Shown one piece after another: positions 1-12,446 of a stretch of DNA of 64,000 nt. Source of the DNA: Octopus vulgaris (Eukaryota). Made by a program: the position numbers and the translations under genes. Location of the stretch: positions 30,876,001-30,940,000 of the forward strand of contig OX597828.1 in NCBI GenBank assembly GCA_951406725.2, given 5' to 3'. Within the stretch, counting starts at the first letter, position 1. Each line of letters starts with the position of its first letter. The notes beneath the pieces are model-generated. The model was not told the DNA's origin. It ran no database searches and saw only the letters and a list, made by a program, of their open reading frames with translations.

Positions 1-131
1 TCCTTTCGGGGTCGATAAATTAAGTACCAGTTACGAACTGGGGTTGATGTAATCGACTTAATACCTATGTCTGTCCTTGTTTGTTGCCTCTGTGTTTAGC
101 CCCTTGTGGGTAATAAAGAAATAGGTATTTC
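1..131 (+). mobile_element. tRNA-derived SINE family 1 (Nin/Deu-like central domain), 3' part, cut by window edge
   Basis: TCCTTTCGGGGTCGATAAATTAAGTACCAG core and tail ...GTGGGTAATAAAGAAATA, nearly identical to copies at 186-420 and 47056-47303. Confidence 0.85.
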
Positions 132-185
132 TTCTGTTTGCCGCCCTTATGAAGCATTTATTTTATAATATTTTTAATATTTCAA

Positions 186-565
186 GGAGGCGAGCTGGCA
201 GAAGCGGTAGCACGCCGGGCGAAATGCGTAGCCGTATTTCGTCTGCCGTTACGTTCTGAGTTCAAATTTCGCCGAGGTCGACTTTGCCTTTCATCCTTTC
301 GGGGTCGATAAATTAAGTACCAGTTACGCACTGGGGTCGATAATCGACTTAATCCATTTGTCTGTCCTTGCTTGTCCCCTCTGTGTTTAGCCCCTTGTGG
401 GTAATAAAGAAATAGGTATTTCTTCGGTTTTACCTTCTGAGTTCAAATGTTTCCTTTAATCTTTTCGACGTCGATAAATTAAGTAACAGCTACGTATTGG
501 GTTCGCTATAATCGACTGGCCCTCTACCCAAAATTTCGGGCCTTGTGCCTAGAGTAGAAAAGAAT
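186..565 (+). mobile_element. SINE family 1, dimeric/composite copy (tail A unit followed by headless tail B unit)
   Basis: A-box-like TGGCAGAAGCGG, B-box-like GAGTTCAAAT, Nin-like GCCTTTCATCCTTTCGGGGTCGATAAATTAAGTACCAG; the body restarts at ~415 (GGTATTTC) and ends in GGCCTTGTGCCTAGAGTAGAAAAGAAT. Confidence 0.85.
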
Positions 566-1195
566 ATTTTATTAAGTATATGTGCATAATTCAAGAATAT
601 TATAGAACGCTAAGATGACCGTATACATCTTTTGAATCAGTTTGATATTTGAATAATATAAACTGAACAAATGGAAATAAAGTTCAGACTTTTGAAGAAA
701 TACACTAAAAAACTGTAGTATTTAGCAAAATATGCGTAAGTATTACTTACAGACCAAAACGATGATTGTAAAACAAATCGATAAATCAGTATAAGTATAT
801 AGGCAAACAATTGCTGTTTGAAATTCAGTTTTTATGTACGAAAACTTAATTTCTTTGAAAATATTTACAAATTGCGTCTGGAAAATTTATTTGCAGTCTG
901 AAGTGATGTACTGCTCTAAGAAGTAATATGATAGATATATGCCTGAAGATAATTCTATAAATTTATTCGCTAAAACGAATCGATGCTTAGAAGAAATTTC
1001 ACATCAATATACTAATCCAAAATCGATAATTAAAGAAAAATATATTTGATATAAACTTTGTATGGTTTCAAATATTCGTGATGATTGATTTTAAATTGAA
1101 ATTTATTTTTATATCGAAGAGGTAATCTGAGTTGGAAACAAACACTTTTCTCAACAAGACGTTTCATAAAAGATAATATTTTGTGGAGAATGTAC

Positions 1196-1415
1196 GGTGA
1201 CGAGCTGTCAGAATCGTTAAGACGCTAGGTAAACTGTTTAGCGCCAGTTTGACCGTCTTTACGGTCTGAGTTCAAATTCCACCGAGGTCGATATTCTCAA
1301 CCGAGGTCAATATTGCCTTTCGATATTGCAATAAATGAAACACCAGTTGAACATTAGGAGCCGTTGCTCACGCCTTTCCCTCGAAAATTCTGGCCCTGTA
1401 CCAAATTTTGAAATC
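1196..1415 (+). mobile_element. SINE family 1, old diverged copy
   Basis: GAGCTGTCAGAATCGTTA...CTGAGTTCAAATTCCACCGAGGTCGA...GCCTTTC aligns by eye to the head and body of 186-420. Confidence 0.7.
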
Positions 1416-2086
1416 TATATATTGTTGAGAAAATGGTGCAAATAGATAAAGAAAAAAAGAAAGTCAGATGTTTCTGCCTCATACAAATAATTGAAGCAGC
1501 AGTGTTTGAATCCTCAGCGAAAAAACCAAAACTTGAAATCGTATAAAATATGTAGTATTTCATATTATAATTTCTCGAAAATAATGAGAAAACGAGTTGC
1601 AAATCATAGTTTTATTGTAAGGCATCTTATTCCCCATTTTCAAATGTTTGCTTCGGCTTCAATGACGGATGGTGCAATAATGGCAAGTATTCGACAACCA
1701 GTTCTAACAAGTATTACATGGACACGAGTGGAATTTCCTACCTTGAATCGGCAAATTTCTAAATTTTTAAGCGTAAATATTCACCATTGAATGGATTCTT
1801 AGTGTTTAATGCACGGTCGCAACTGATTTAATTGTTTAATATGATTATTAATAAAATATCGATGTTCAACTAGGGCACTTCATACATAACATAATTATAT
1901 TAAATGAAAATCTATTTACATCAATCATATTAGAACTGTGGAGAATGTAACACCTCAGTCAATAACTCAAGCAATCTTATCTAATAGTAATCTGTGTATT
2001 TTGTATATGTTATACTCGTTGGCGAGGTAGTTCACACCATGACATTGAGAATATAATCACTGCCACATAAGGTGTGTTATTAACGT

Positions 2087-2299
2087 ATTCTTTTCTACTC
2101 TAGGAACAAAGCCCGAAATTTTTGGAGCGGCAGAGCAGTCGATTAGATCACTCCAGTATGCAACTGTTACTTAATATATCGAACTTGAAAGGATGAAAGG
2201 CAAACTCAATCTCGGCAGAATTTGAACTCAGAACGTAAAGACGGACGAAATACCGCTAAGCATTTCGCATGGCGTGCTAACGTTTCTGCCAGGTCGCCA
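2087..2299 (-). mobile_element. SINE family 1, monomer with tail B
   Basis: Reverse complement reads TGGCAGAAACGTTAGCACGCC...GAGTTCAAATTC...GCCTTTCATCCTTTC...CCTAGAGTAGAAAAGAAT. Confidence 0.85.
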
Positions 2300-2349
2300 C
2301 TTCTATTGTTAATATAGTATTAAATTGAATATATAAATATATATATATA

Positions 2350-2726
2350 CACTACCGTCAGAAATTAATTAGCACCCTTGATTTGCTCTTCACTCAAGGT
2401 ATGTGCTGTCACCTAGTGGCCATATCTCGAACTATTGCTTTGTTGCGAGTTCACTGTTGCGCAGAACGATGACGTAACTTTGTTTGCAGAGCGGTTTGAG
2501 AGTCTACAGCCTTATGATGTTGACATAGCAGTGCAACAACTTGGAGTGCGGATGCAGACAAATCTTCCTTTGTTTAATAGATATAGGTAGCGCCTCGCAA
2601 GGACCGAAATCACACCATACTAAGTTTTCTCATCGCGTAAGACGTTTTGAACAGCTCATAGGTTAATTGATTTAACCTATTTAATGTAGAAATTTGAGAA
2701 GTGCTAATTAATTTCTAACGCAAGTG
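2350..2726. mobile_element. Tc1/mariner-type MITE (non-autonomous)
   Basis: ~26-bp imperfect TIRs CACTACCGTCAGAAATTAATTAGCAC / GTGCTAATTAATTTCTAACGCAAGTG, TA on both flanks, no coding capacity. Confidence 0.8.
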
Positions 2727-2784
2727 TATATATATATGTGTGTGTGTGTGTGCGTGAGTGTGTATATATATATATAAATATATT

Positions 2785-2824
<40 letters not shown>

Positions 2825-3323
2825 CAGATATGCAAGAGGTAAATAGACACCTTCAATTTTCAAAATTTATGATCTAAGCGTCTTAATATGTTTTTCAATG
2901 GTATGGAATTTACAATGTAAGCATTCTTTTTCATCCCACGTGCCATCATATTAAACGTTTGCGAAGAGTAACAATGGCATGCACAAAAAATTCAGCAGAA
3001 CTGTAAGATTTTCAAAGAGGTCGTATTTTGGGCAATCTGAGGCTGGTCTTAGCCAAAGAAAAATTGCCGAAAACTTCAAATCCCTCTTGCTACTGTTAAT
3101 AGAATTATTGTGCAATTTCAAAAGCCAAGGAAAAGAATCAACAGATTCTCGACACGGCCGACCTGGGCCCTCGGAAAGGAAGCTTCACTGTTTGAAGAGA
3201 ATTGTGGAAAACGAACCCCGATCGAAGGCTTTCTGACATTGCAAAACAGCTATAAGTGAGTCTAAGAACATGTGTTACATATCTGCATAAGCTTGGGTAT
3301 AATGGAGCAGATGGAAGAAAAAA
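2825..3323 (+). pseudogene. Tc1-like transposon, left TIR plus frameshifted N-terminal DNA-binding half of transposase
   Basis: TA|CAG... TIR; ATG at 2974; frames join to FQRGRILGQSEAGLSQRKIA...TVNRIIVQFK...GRPGPSERKLHCLKRIVENEPR...YLHKLGY, i.e. paired-like HTH, GRP linker and second HTH. Confidence 0.8.
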
Positions 3324-3351
3324 TATATATGTATATACTTCCTTCATGTAT

Positions 3352-3396
<45 letters not shown>

Positions 3397-3875
3397 CATG
3401 AAGGAAGTAAATTGACACATTTCAATTTCAAAATCTTTTATTTAATACGCAAAGTGAACAACTGAAATGTAATCGATAGGTAGGACTACATACTTTAGTA
3501 GTTAGTTGACATTCCCTTTACAGTTTTTACTTCAGAAACTCTTTTTGAACTGATGAGCTTTGTGATTGTCTCTTGTGTAATTTCTGGCCACTTTCCACGC
3601 AACGATCGAAACAATACATCTTTAGATTTAAGTTTTTGTCGAATGTTTCCTATAGCTCTATCTAGTGTGCTCCAAATATTTGCAATTGGGATCATGTCAG
3701 GAGATTGGTTCAGCCAAGGAATCTTTTTGATCCCATTTTCAGTCGCCCATTGTTGATTCCTTTTCGCTGTCTAAGATGGAGCTCATTCTTCCATGAATAA
3801 AAAATCATTCTTCTTTAGTAGTTTAACTTGTTAATACATCGGAAGTAGTCCTTGCTTAAGTATTTCGATGTATTT
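3397..3875 (-). pseudogene. Tc1-like transposon, C-terminal catalytic part plus right TIR, opposite orientation to the 5' half
   Basis: Minus strand gives YIEILKQGLLP...PWLNQSPDMIPIANIW (cf. Tc1 WPxxSPDLNPIENxW)...KGMSTNY*; TIR at 3397 (GTAAATTGACACATTTCAATTTCAAAAT) matches that at 2825 (GTAAATAGACACCTTCAATTTTCAAAAT). Confidence 0.8.
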
Positions 3876-3935
3876 CGATGTGTATATATATATATCAATA
3901 TGTGTATATTTATATACACATATATATATATGCAC

Positions 3936-3969
<34 letters not shown>

Positions 3970-4090
3970 AAATGATATTTATATATAAATATATTAAAGA
4001 CTAACATGTATGCTATCAATACATGTATATACATGAAACCTAACTTTTAGGCTTCCGAGTTCACCAGTATATATTAACGGAAAACGGATA

Positions 4091-4732
4091 TTATTGGGAA
4101 ACGGACAATAAAACCAAGTCAGGACGAGTACCTCAGATCAAACAGAATATTCATTTAGAGTAAGATGCATCAAGAAAAGTAGAAAAAGAAGTAATTAATG
4201 CCTTACAGCTGTTTCTGGGATATCCCAGTCGATGGACCAACATCTCCATACACTGGCTTATTCCGTAATCAGAGACAAGGGGTATATGCAGGAACGTTCC
4301 GGACAGAATTTACAAAATATTAAAAGAACAATTCTAAGTAGAAGAATAAAGACACAAGAACACATTTCACAGCTCATTCTTTCTAGAGCATATCGAAGGT
4401 ATAGGCTGTTAAGTATAACTCCAGTGACATCCAGGCAATATTTTGAATGTTGCGTTCAGATTGAATAAATATAAATTTATTCTGCAGTCTTTATTTTTGT
4501 ATCCCTTGTTTTACTTTTTATACACTGTGATTTCTCAGTGTAGAACTTTCCTACATACACATGATTTCTTTGATGGCGAATTCCCAGTGTGCGTAGATAT
4601 TCACCGAGCACCTGGGTTATCTCAGAGACATCTGTAAGACATTAATTACTTCTACTTCTCCTTATTCAACTTACTCTTATTAAAAATTCTAAATTACCTC
4701 AGATACCCGTCCCTGCTTTGTTTCCCCTAATA
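4091..4732. mobile_element. Non-coding foldback PLE relic with a degenerate hammerhead in each inverted arm
   Basis: 4091-4276 is a diverged reverse complement of 4566-4732; HHR-like motifs at 4200-4276(-) (GTCT CTGATTA...GAAACAGCTGTA AGGC) and 4566-4640(+) (TTGATGG...GAGACATCTGTA AGAC). Confidence 0.7.
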
Positions 4733-4813
4733 TGTGTGTATATATATATATATGTGTGTGTATATATATATATGTGTGTATATAATGTATATATATAAAT
4801 ATATATATATACG

Positions 4814-4862
<49 letters not shown>

Positions 4863-5769
4863 CCACATAATGCACATATACATATATATATATACATACA
4901 TACACACACACATACATGCAATCTATGTGGGTGTCTTTTCAATATACTGGCTAGTTTAAAATTAAAATGACACGTCATACGCCATGATGGATCTAAGGTT
5001 TTGGTAGAAGGGGATGTCAGAATATGTAGAAAGAGTAGACAGCCACAATATATATATATAGATATGGGTGTTCCGAATTGCTAAAAGTCATTCAAAGAAT
5101 ATCATTGTTTTCATTTTCAGTAAAAATATTGATTTTAGCTAAATTACATAAAGGCAATTTAACGAAGTGCTAAAATATTGAGAGTTCTTGAAATAGGAAC
5201 ACTATTTCAGGGATAAATATTCAATTGTCCACGCATATTTGTTTATCTGATTTTATTAGCGTGTTTTTTCTCTGCCTTTTGCCAGTGTGAACAATCTAGT
5301 AACATACCTACTTTTTCGAGAGTAATTTTTAATGAAAGTATTGCCGAAGGCTCGGAAGTTAAATTATAATGTGGAAGGGTGAAAATGTTGTGAAGAAATT
5401 TTGGATGAGATGAATATAAAGTGATAGAAGGAAAGAAACACCTTTTGAAACATGAATGACTGGTCGTTAAACAATTGACATTAGACCTACAATGATTTAT
5501 GTCATTCACCTGGTAATATATATCTAAATTATTTGTGAGTTATTATGAATCCGAGCCAAATACATTATAAAATCTCTATTACTATACCAGATCAACAACA
5601 TCAACCAGATTAGTAAAGAATTCTGCGTATTGTTGTGGCAGGTTCTGAGGTTATAAATCATCACCGTTCCATGTAGTAATCCAAAGTTGTTTATTCCATA
5701 TACTTTTTTCCGCCCTCTTTTTCTCTCCCTTCGTATGTATATATATCTATATACATATACATGTGTGTC

Positions 5770-5833
<64 letters not shown>

Positions 5834-5849
5834 TATATATATATGTATA

Positions 5850-5908
<59 letters not shown>

Positions 5909-6041
5909 GTATTTCTATAATAACGAAAGCAGTTATACAAAATGGTAAAACGAAAACGAAAAACTTCAATTGTGACTAATTGTCAGTGAGGGCCCCGTTT
6001 ACATACATACATAAGTAAATACATATATAAATACATACATA

Positions 6042-6080
<39 letters not shown>

Positions 6081-6105
6081 TTATATATATATATATATAT
6101 ATATA

Positions 6106-6429
6106 AGGCATTTGAGAGATAAAATATCTACCTCTTTTTGAAACCAAAGGTAGCCCTCTTAACTCAAAAATAATGGATATTCATGAACCATTGCGGTATC
6201 GAGCAATCATTCTCGCTGCTCGATATTACCGTGTAACGGCATGCGTAATGTTGGCGATTTCCACTTATTTTTCCTTCTTTGTCTTTTCACTTTCCTGTTT
6301 CCGACGAAGAGCTCTGCTCGAAACTTTAACCACTCTCTCCTTTCACCGAGCGTCGAATTAATATATTTCTTGTGCACGTCCTAACGTTGTTTTATTTTCT
6401 CTATTCTTTTAATTCTTTGATCTTTAAAC

Positions 6430-6432
<3 letters not shown>
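6106..6432 (+). mobile_element. PLE 3'-end relic with degenerate minimal hammerhead (6297-6330)
   Basis: GTTT CCGACGA A GAGC-TCT-GCTC GAAAC TTT AAC has an intact stem II and GAAAC but U4->C in the core; the segment sits between two (TA)n tracts. Confidence 0.55.
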
Positions 6433-6525
<93 letters not shown>

Positions 6526-7074
6526 TCAGAGAGAGAGATAGAGAGAGAGAGACTGAAAGAGAGAAAGAAGTATGTTCATAATTGTATATATGAAATCGTC
6601 CGTTTGTGTCTAAGCCCGTATATAACTGTGTTTGTCTACTTCTCAAGAAGTTTTAGCACCCTCTCATCCAACATAAAACTGGTCCACACAAAAGACTAGA
6701 TTAATGTACCTTATTGCCATATTCAACTATATGTCTCGTCTCTGGCCTCCATACACCCATATTTGTTATGTTATATTTCTTATGGCTTACAGACGAAATA
6801 TAACATAACCAAACGTAACGTGGCGAAATTTTACTAATTCATTTACGATCAGTCGTTAACGTTTAAATTCCACAATAATAGTTCTACACAGACACTTCTT
6901 CACAGATTAGAAATTAGACTTTCGTCACACCAACCACCTTTATTTCATTATTCTTTGCTACCCTTCACTGAGTCCAAATTCGCATTTCTATGTTCCTTGT
7001 AGAAACAGCTAAAAGAAGTTTATTTATTATAATGCCATTTTTTAATTATGTTGAAATAATTACTGCATCGATCT

Positions 7075-8030
7075 ATTGGGTTGCGATTTTGTAAAATGCC
7101 TTTAGTTATAAAAACATTTTACAAAAAATTATTGGCAATTATTAGCATAGTTGGCATTATTTTGAATGAAATCTTGACATGTACCAGGTAGCTTTTTGAT
7201 TCTTCTCGATCAAAAATTCTGCCGGAACCAACCTGAAGAAACTTTCAGCATGTTTTCACCTGATCTTCTTGAGAAAAAAATTCCCCACCAGAGAAATGCA
7301 TGGATATCAAACCATGGAAATAATTGATGGCAGATCTGGTGAATATAGTGGATGACATAGAACAGAGCATCCAAAAACCAGTATTATAGCTCACGTGATT
7401 CTTGCTGATTATCATCCCACGTTATTATTGAGAAGCACAACGTTTCTCCTAGTGACAAGTGCAGGGGATTGTCTAAAATAATTTTCATGCACACGTTCCA
7501 GCTGTCGGCTGTATTTGATTGTGTTTTAAAAAATCAGACTGAATAAAACTGCAGTTATCTCACCATACACAAAACATAACGTTCCTTCCTTGGAACTCAG
7601 CTTCTGAGGTAGGTTGTGGAGATTTATTCTTCTTAATCTACCGCCTTTTGCGTTGAACACTGTGATACAAGACCCACTTTACATAACCTGTAATATTATG
7701 AAGAAACGGGTCATCTCTCCGCCTTGTGATATTTCCTATTCTTCTAACTACATGTATGGTGAGCGCAAACACCCAGGATTCTACCTTTTCTTATCTTTTC
7801 AAAATGGTGGCAGATGGTGGATTGAGAGATGTTGAGCTCAACTGATAATTCCTTAGTACTTTCTTAAAGCATCTTGAACGAAATCTGATAAGTGTTCTGA
7901 TCGGAGGTGAATACTCAATGGCAAATTTGCGGAACGCAACTTTGAATGTCAATCTCCCACCTACCGGTCAACAATGGCCGTAAACATTGCATACATTCAT
8001 AGCTATTTCTGTGACGATTTTATTTCCGTT
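7075..8030 (-). pseudogene. mariner transposase relic
   Basis: Minus-strand fragments PFLHNITGYVKWVLYH (cf. FLxRIVTGDEKW) and VLCHPLYSPDLPS (cf. HPPYSPDLAPSD); many stops and frameshifts; ends approximate. Confidence 0.75.
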
Positions 8031-8673
8031 CTCAAACTCCCACTACTTCATATGTAGTATATATGTTATGGGAGGGAACTTTAATATTAAACTATGATGA
8101 GTACTCTTTCACCATTTAAACATAAATGACAATCTTAAACATCGGAAGTTCGAAATGCGTCGTTACAATTTACTTCTAAATACAACGGAAATTATTTAAT
8201 GATTCGACTCAACACATTCAGTTCCCTCTATAGAACATAACACACGCACGCATTTATATGTATATTCATCAACTGTCATATCTTCTACTACATGCATCTT
8301 TTGCGGCGATCAATACAAACATATTTTCAGCATTTGTCATGTACATACACACACGCAGATATGTGGACCTGCGTGCATATTTATGTATGTATGTATGTAT
8401 GTATGTATGTATGTATGTATGTATGCATGTATGATCATGAATTTATGCATCTCTGTGAGTGAGTGGATGGTTTAGTGGAACGATAAATGCATATGTGTAA
8501 ATATATGTCCCTATATAACGCATCTCCCAAGAATCTTTGCTGTATCGCAACCTTCCACTATGTGTTCGTTATCGTAGGAAATAAAATATTGAAGTTTGGG
8601 TACAAACCACACCTTATGCTATGACGTATTGTGATGTTTAATAATGCATTAATGTAAAAACATAAATAAATAA

Positions 8674-8710
<37 letters not shown>

Positions 8711-9349
8711 TTCTTTTTAATTTCATTGCCGACGAATAAAAGTTCTTGTTTAAAGATTAATATTGTCACTGTAGCCATAGAATTACGTTACATAATACTA
8801 ACTCTGAATCGACCGAGAAAATATCTTACGGTTATTGGATATTGAATAGGGTAGGGTTTTTTTCCATGAAGAAAAGTGTCTATAGCGTTGTAAGAATGGA
8901 AAATTGGAGTCGTTTTTATGAAAATTCAGTGATAGATACAAACATAGCGGCCTCTAGCGAATTGTTGAATATGTCAGAAATTGTAGCAATGTGTTTCCCA
9001 TAGCACATTCTAGTCTCGAATAAACAAGAAAACCACAATATGTGTAATGGACCAGAATGATTTATCCTAAAACTATAACGGAATTCTCAGAGTAATTTCA
9101 TATATCTACTTACTTTTTCTTATATTAAAGCAGTGTTGGATCACGTTCGATGAGAGATTAAATAAATAATGTGTTTCCAATGACAGTAACATATGTCATG
9201 TGTTCAAAAGCAAATATTCCTATAACTGTTTATACTTCACTAGACGAAATTATAAATTAGTGATAAATACGTACAGCACCATTGCAGAAGAACTAATTAA
9301 TACTATTTTCAACTAATTTCCGTTTTTTCTAGATAGAATATTAAGATTG

Positions 9350-9550
9350 ACTTCAAACTTTGATACAAGGCCGGCAATTTCGGGTTGGGTATCAGTCAAT
9401 GCTCATTTCTCAACTTGTACTTATTTTATCGACCTATAAAAGATGGACGGGAAGACGAACTCACGCACCTTACGATTCAGAACCTAAAGGTGGACGAAAT
9501 ATCGCCAAGTATTTCGTCCGGCATGCCGACGTTTCCGCTACCTCGCTGCC
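9350..9550 (-). mobile_element. SINE family 1, old diverged copy
   Basis: Reverse complement has GAAACGTCGGCATGCCGGACGAAATACTTGGCGATATTTCGTCC head, GGTCGATAAAATAAGTAC core and GGCCTTGTATCAAAGTTTGAA tail. Confidence 0.65.
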
Positions 9551-10316
9551 CTAGATAAAAATATTAGATCAAATATTACGATATACATTTTCAGTAGACA
9601 GACAATGGAAAAAGTATAGCACCATCAGAATATTTCGAAATGATTGTACCTCCCACATTTCATCTTGGGAAAACTCTGACACAAGTTGGATGAAAATGAA
9701 GAACAAAAATGAATAATTTCATTTTTTGTTGATCAAATTCATCACCCATTAATCCGATTTCTACATCTATAGCGACATTCAACTTCAAAAGTAACTGATA
9801 GAATTTGGCACTGAAATCTAGTATCTATTTTCTATTCCCAACTGAACGGTACCGATACATCGACCTAACGTCATACGCTCAGCTTCCCCATGAATACAGG
9901 CGGCGTTACTGGTGATGTATCGCTAAATCGAAACAAGTGAAATATTGTGTGTGCTTGTGCGTGTATGTATGTGTGTATGTGTGTGTCTACCTTTTTCCGT
10001 TTAGGAATATTTCTAAATGTTCAATCTCTTTACGTTTAATCTTACCTTTCTTTCTAGGCTCAATCTCAATCGGTGCTGCCACATCGTATATATCATAAAA
10101 CACTTTCTTCTGTATATCTGATTTTCAATTGATTTAGATGTCGTTTATGCTCCCATCGTCCCTATGTCGTTTATGCACATTTTATTAAATGCGTCACGTT
10201 TCCTATTCTTTTAGTCACTACACCACCCTGTCAACTCTCTTTACCGTTCTTCTATACTTTGGAATGGACTTTGTCTCCGACTTCAAAGTGATTAGTTGAA
10301 TTGTTTTATATTCTAA

Positions 10317-10690
10317 CTAGCAGTATCGCCCGGCGTTGCTCAGGTTTGTAAGGGAAATAACTATAAAGCATTTTTAGAGAGTTAAAATGGAAAAAAATGG
10401 AAAAAAATGATGGTAAATTTTTTCTTAAGATTTAAAAAAGGTGGAGTTGCGTCCCCTAGACAGTTTGTGGTTCGTGTTTCTGATTCTCGACCCCATGTCG
10501 AATTTATCGATATTTTTCAGAACTGGGGGAATTTTTCAAAATTTTCGCTGGGTTAGTTTTGAATTATGACATTGGGCTATGTGTGTGTCAAGTTTCATCA
10601 GAATCGGTTGAAAGCCGTGGTCAGAGTGAGGGTACAAGCAAACAGACACACAGAAACACGCACAGACAAACTGCCGTTTATATAGAGAGA
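10317..10690 (-). mobile_element. Non-autonomous Helitron
   Basis: Minus strand starts TC(TCTCTATATAAA), ends ...GCAACGCCGGGCGATACTGCTAG with an imperfect GC-rich subterminal hairpin, and lies between A and T with no TSD. Confidence 0.75.
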
Positions 10691-10694
10691 TTAA

Positions 10695-11860
10695 GGGCTT
10701 TTTTTCTTTGGCAACAGTTTGTCACATGGATATTTAATCTTCCGAGCGAACATTAGCTCTGCAGGCGACTTGCCTCAATTGGTATTCGGATTGAGCGTCC
10801 TTTGTCTTTAAGAATTTAGTTAGCTTCTTAACTTCCTAACTCTTTTGTTGTTTTGTTTTAACGCTCGCTTGAAATTATCTACCAATTGTTCTGCTCACCC
10901 ATTTGACCTTGGGTTGTAGGGCGGGGTAATCATGTACTTGATTGAAGCGTCATCCAACCAAAGTACAAATATTTGGACAATTACCACCTGTATCATGTCT
11001 TGTGAAAGGTAGAAGAGTCCAGTTTGCTGGACATTGTTGTAGAGCTGAAAACTAGGTAGTTTCTACTCTTCTCCTTTGAAAGCCATCTGCTCGCGATACC
11101 AGAGGGAGCACACTCTCCTACATTGATGTAATCACCAGGGATGCAGGCATCCAGAAACAGGACCAGTGATGTCTGGTGTAACATAGTAAATTCCATTGTC
11201 TCGACCACGGTCGGACAATGATGATGATGACTTGATTGAATGCAGTTTTCAGAATTTCTTGAAATCATATCCTGTAAATCGTGTTCCACTGTCCCATACT
11301 ACGGTATCCGGAAAAAAACCTATCGAGCAAAAAGGTTCGTGCAGGAATTTTATTGTTGCCTTCGAGGTAGGTTGACTGAACCTGTACAAACCCCGCCACT
11401 TAGTAAAACTATCAACAATAATCAAGTATTAAGCACCATACACTGGTACGTAGTCTATATGTACCCACACCACGGACTATCCGTCTCAGGCTATGATTGG
11501 TACTTTACCGTTGGCGGATTGGCTGCTAGCATAAAACCTCTACATAAGTTTATCAAATTTTCAGTGTCCCGGTACATTGTCGGTCAATACACGTAAATTC
11601 TCACTAAAGCTTTCATTCTTGACATCCCCGGGTGTCCACTATGAAATTTCTGTAATATCCGTTTCTGTTGCGCAGTTTACCACACTTTATGTATACATTA
11701 ATACATCGTCGCAGAGTCAAAAATGTTGCGTATTCCTATTTTTCAATGTTTCTTTCATTTTTATGATGTATTTGTCTTCCGTTGAGTTACTTCTAATATC
11801 TTGTAATGTCACTGGCAACTCCTGAATGACATTAAGCATAACGTTATTTTAAATTTTTTC
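10695..11860 (-). pseudogene. Ty3/Gypsy LTR-retrotransposon integrase relic (interrupted)
   Basis: Minus strand gives ELPVTLQDI...FHSGHPGMSRMKALVRIYVY*P (HHCC zinc finger)...YLIIVDSFTKW...PDTVVWDSGTRF...TPPYNPRSNG*AEQLVDNFKRALK...KSPAELMFARKI. Confidence 0.85.
10947..11229 (+). mobile_element. 5'-truncated RTE/RTEX-like LINE 3' end inserted in the Gypsy integrase
   Basis: Encodes HPTKVQIFGQLPPVSCLVKGRRVQFAGHCCR; (ATG)n tail; 11-bp TSD ACTTGATTGAA at 10936-10946 and 11230-11240. Confidence 0.8.
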
Positions 11861-12446
11861 TTCAATTCTGCTAAGGAGCCATTTATACTTTTAACAGTGC
11901 AGACTTATGGGGAGTTTCCATAAGGCAAACACCACCAACCAGTCCGTACGTAACAGATAGGTTGCATTTATATTTTTTACCTCGGAAACCTTTGCTCTAC
12001 ACGTTTTTCCCCGATTATTAACACCGGTACGTGGATAAGAACTGGGAAAACTACGTTAAGAAAAAACATCAAAATTACCACGAGGCGTGACAGGTAAAAA
12101 ACTACACTTCGCAGGCGAACTGTGAGGTGATATCACATTTCGGGGAAAACCCTGTAGAGGAAAATTATATACTAGTATCTAGTTGTAATTTAATATTCAC
12201 TTCGTTTACATTTACATGTACAAATTTCCTCTTTTGGTGTCGCTTCTACGTTCCGTTGAGAAATCTTTGGTATTTATGTCCGCTCTTTCTAACTTTGCTC
12301 AGCAATGTGAGCCGTTGTGTCCTACTTTTTTGTAACTGTAACTTTTTGCGTTTTGAATAGACAGGGAGTGTCGTGACTCTCGCCTCAGCATTTACATATC
12401 TCAGTGTCTGAATAACTACATATACAAACCTGAACCTGTAATAGAG

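Noticed and set aside
10590-10610. CTGATGA on the minus strand within the Helitron
   Set aside because: Followed directly by AAC with no stem II or GAAA arrangement.
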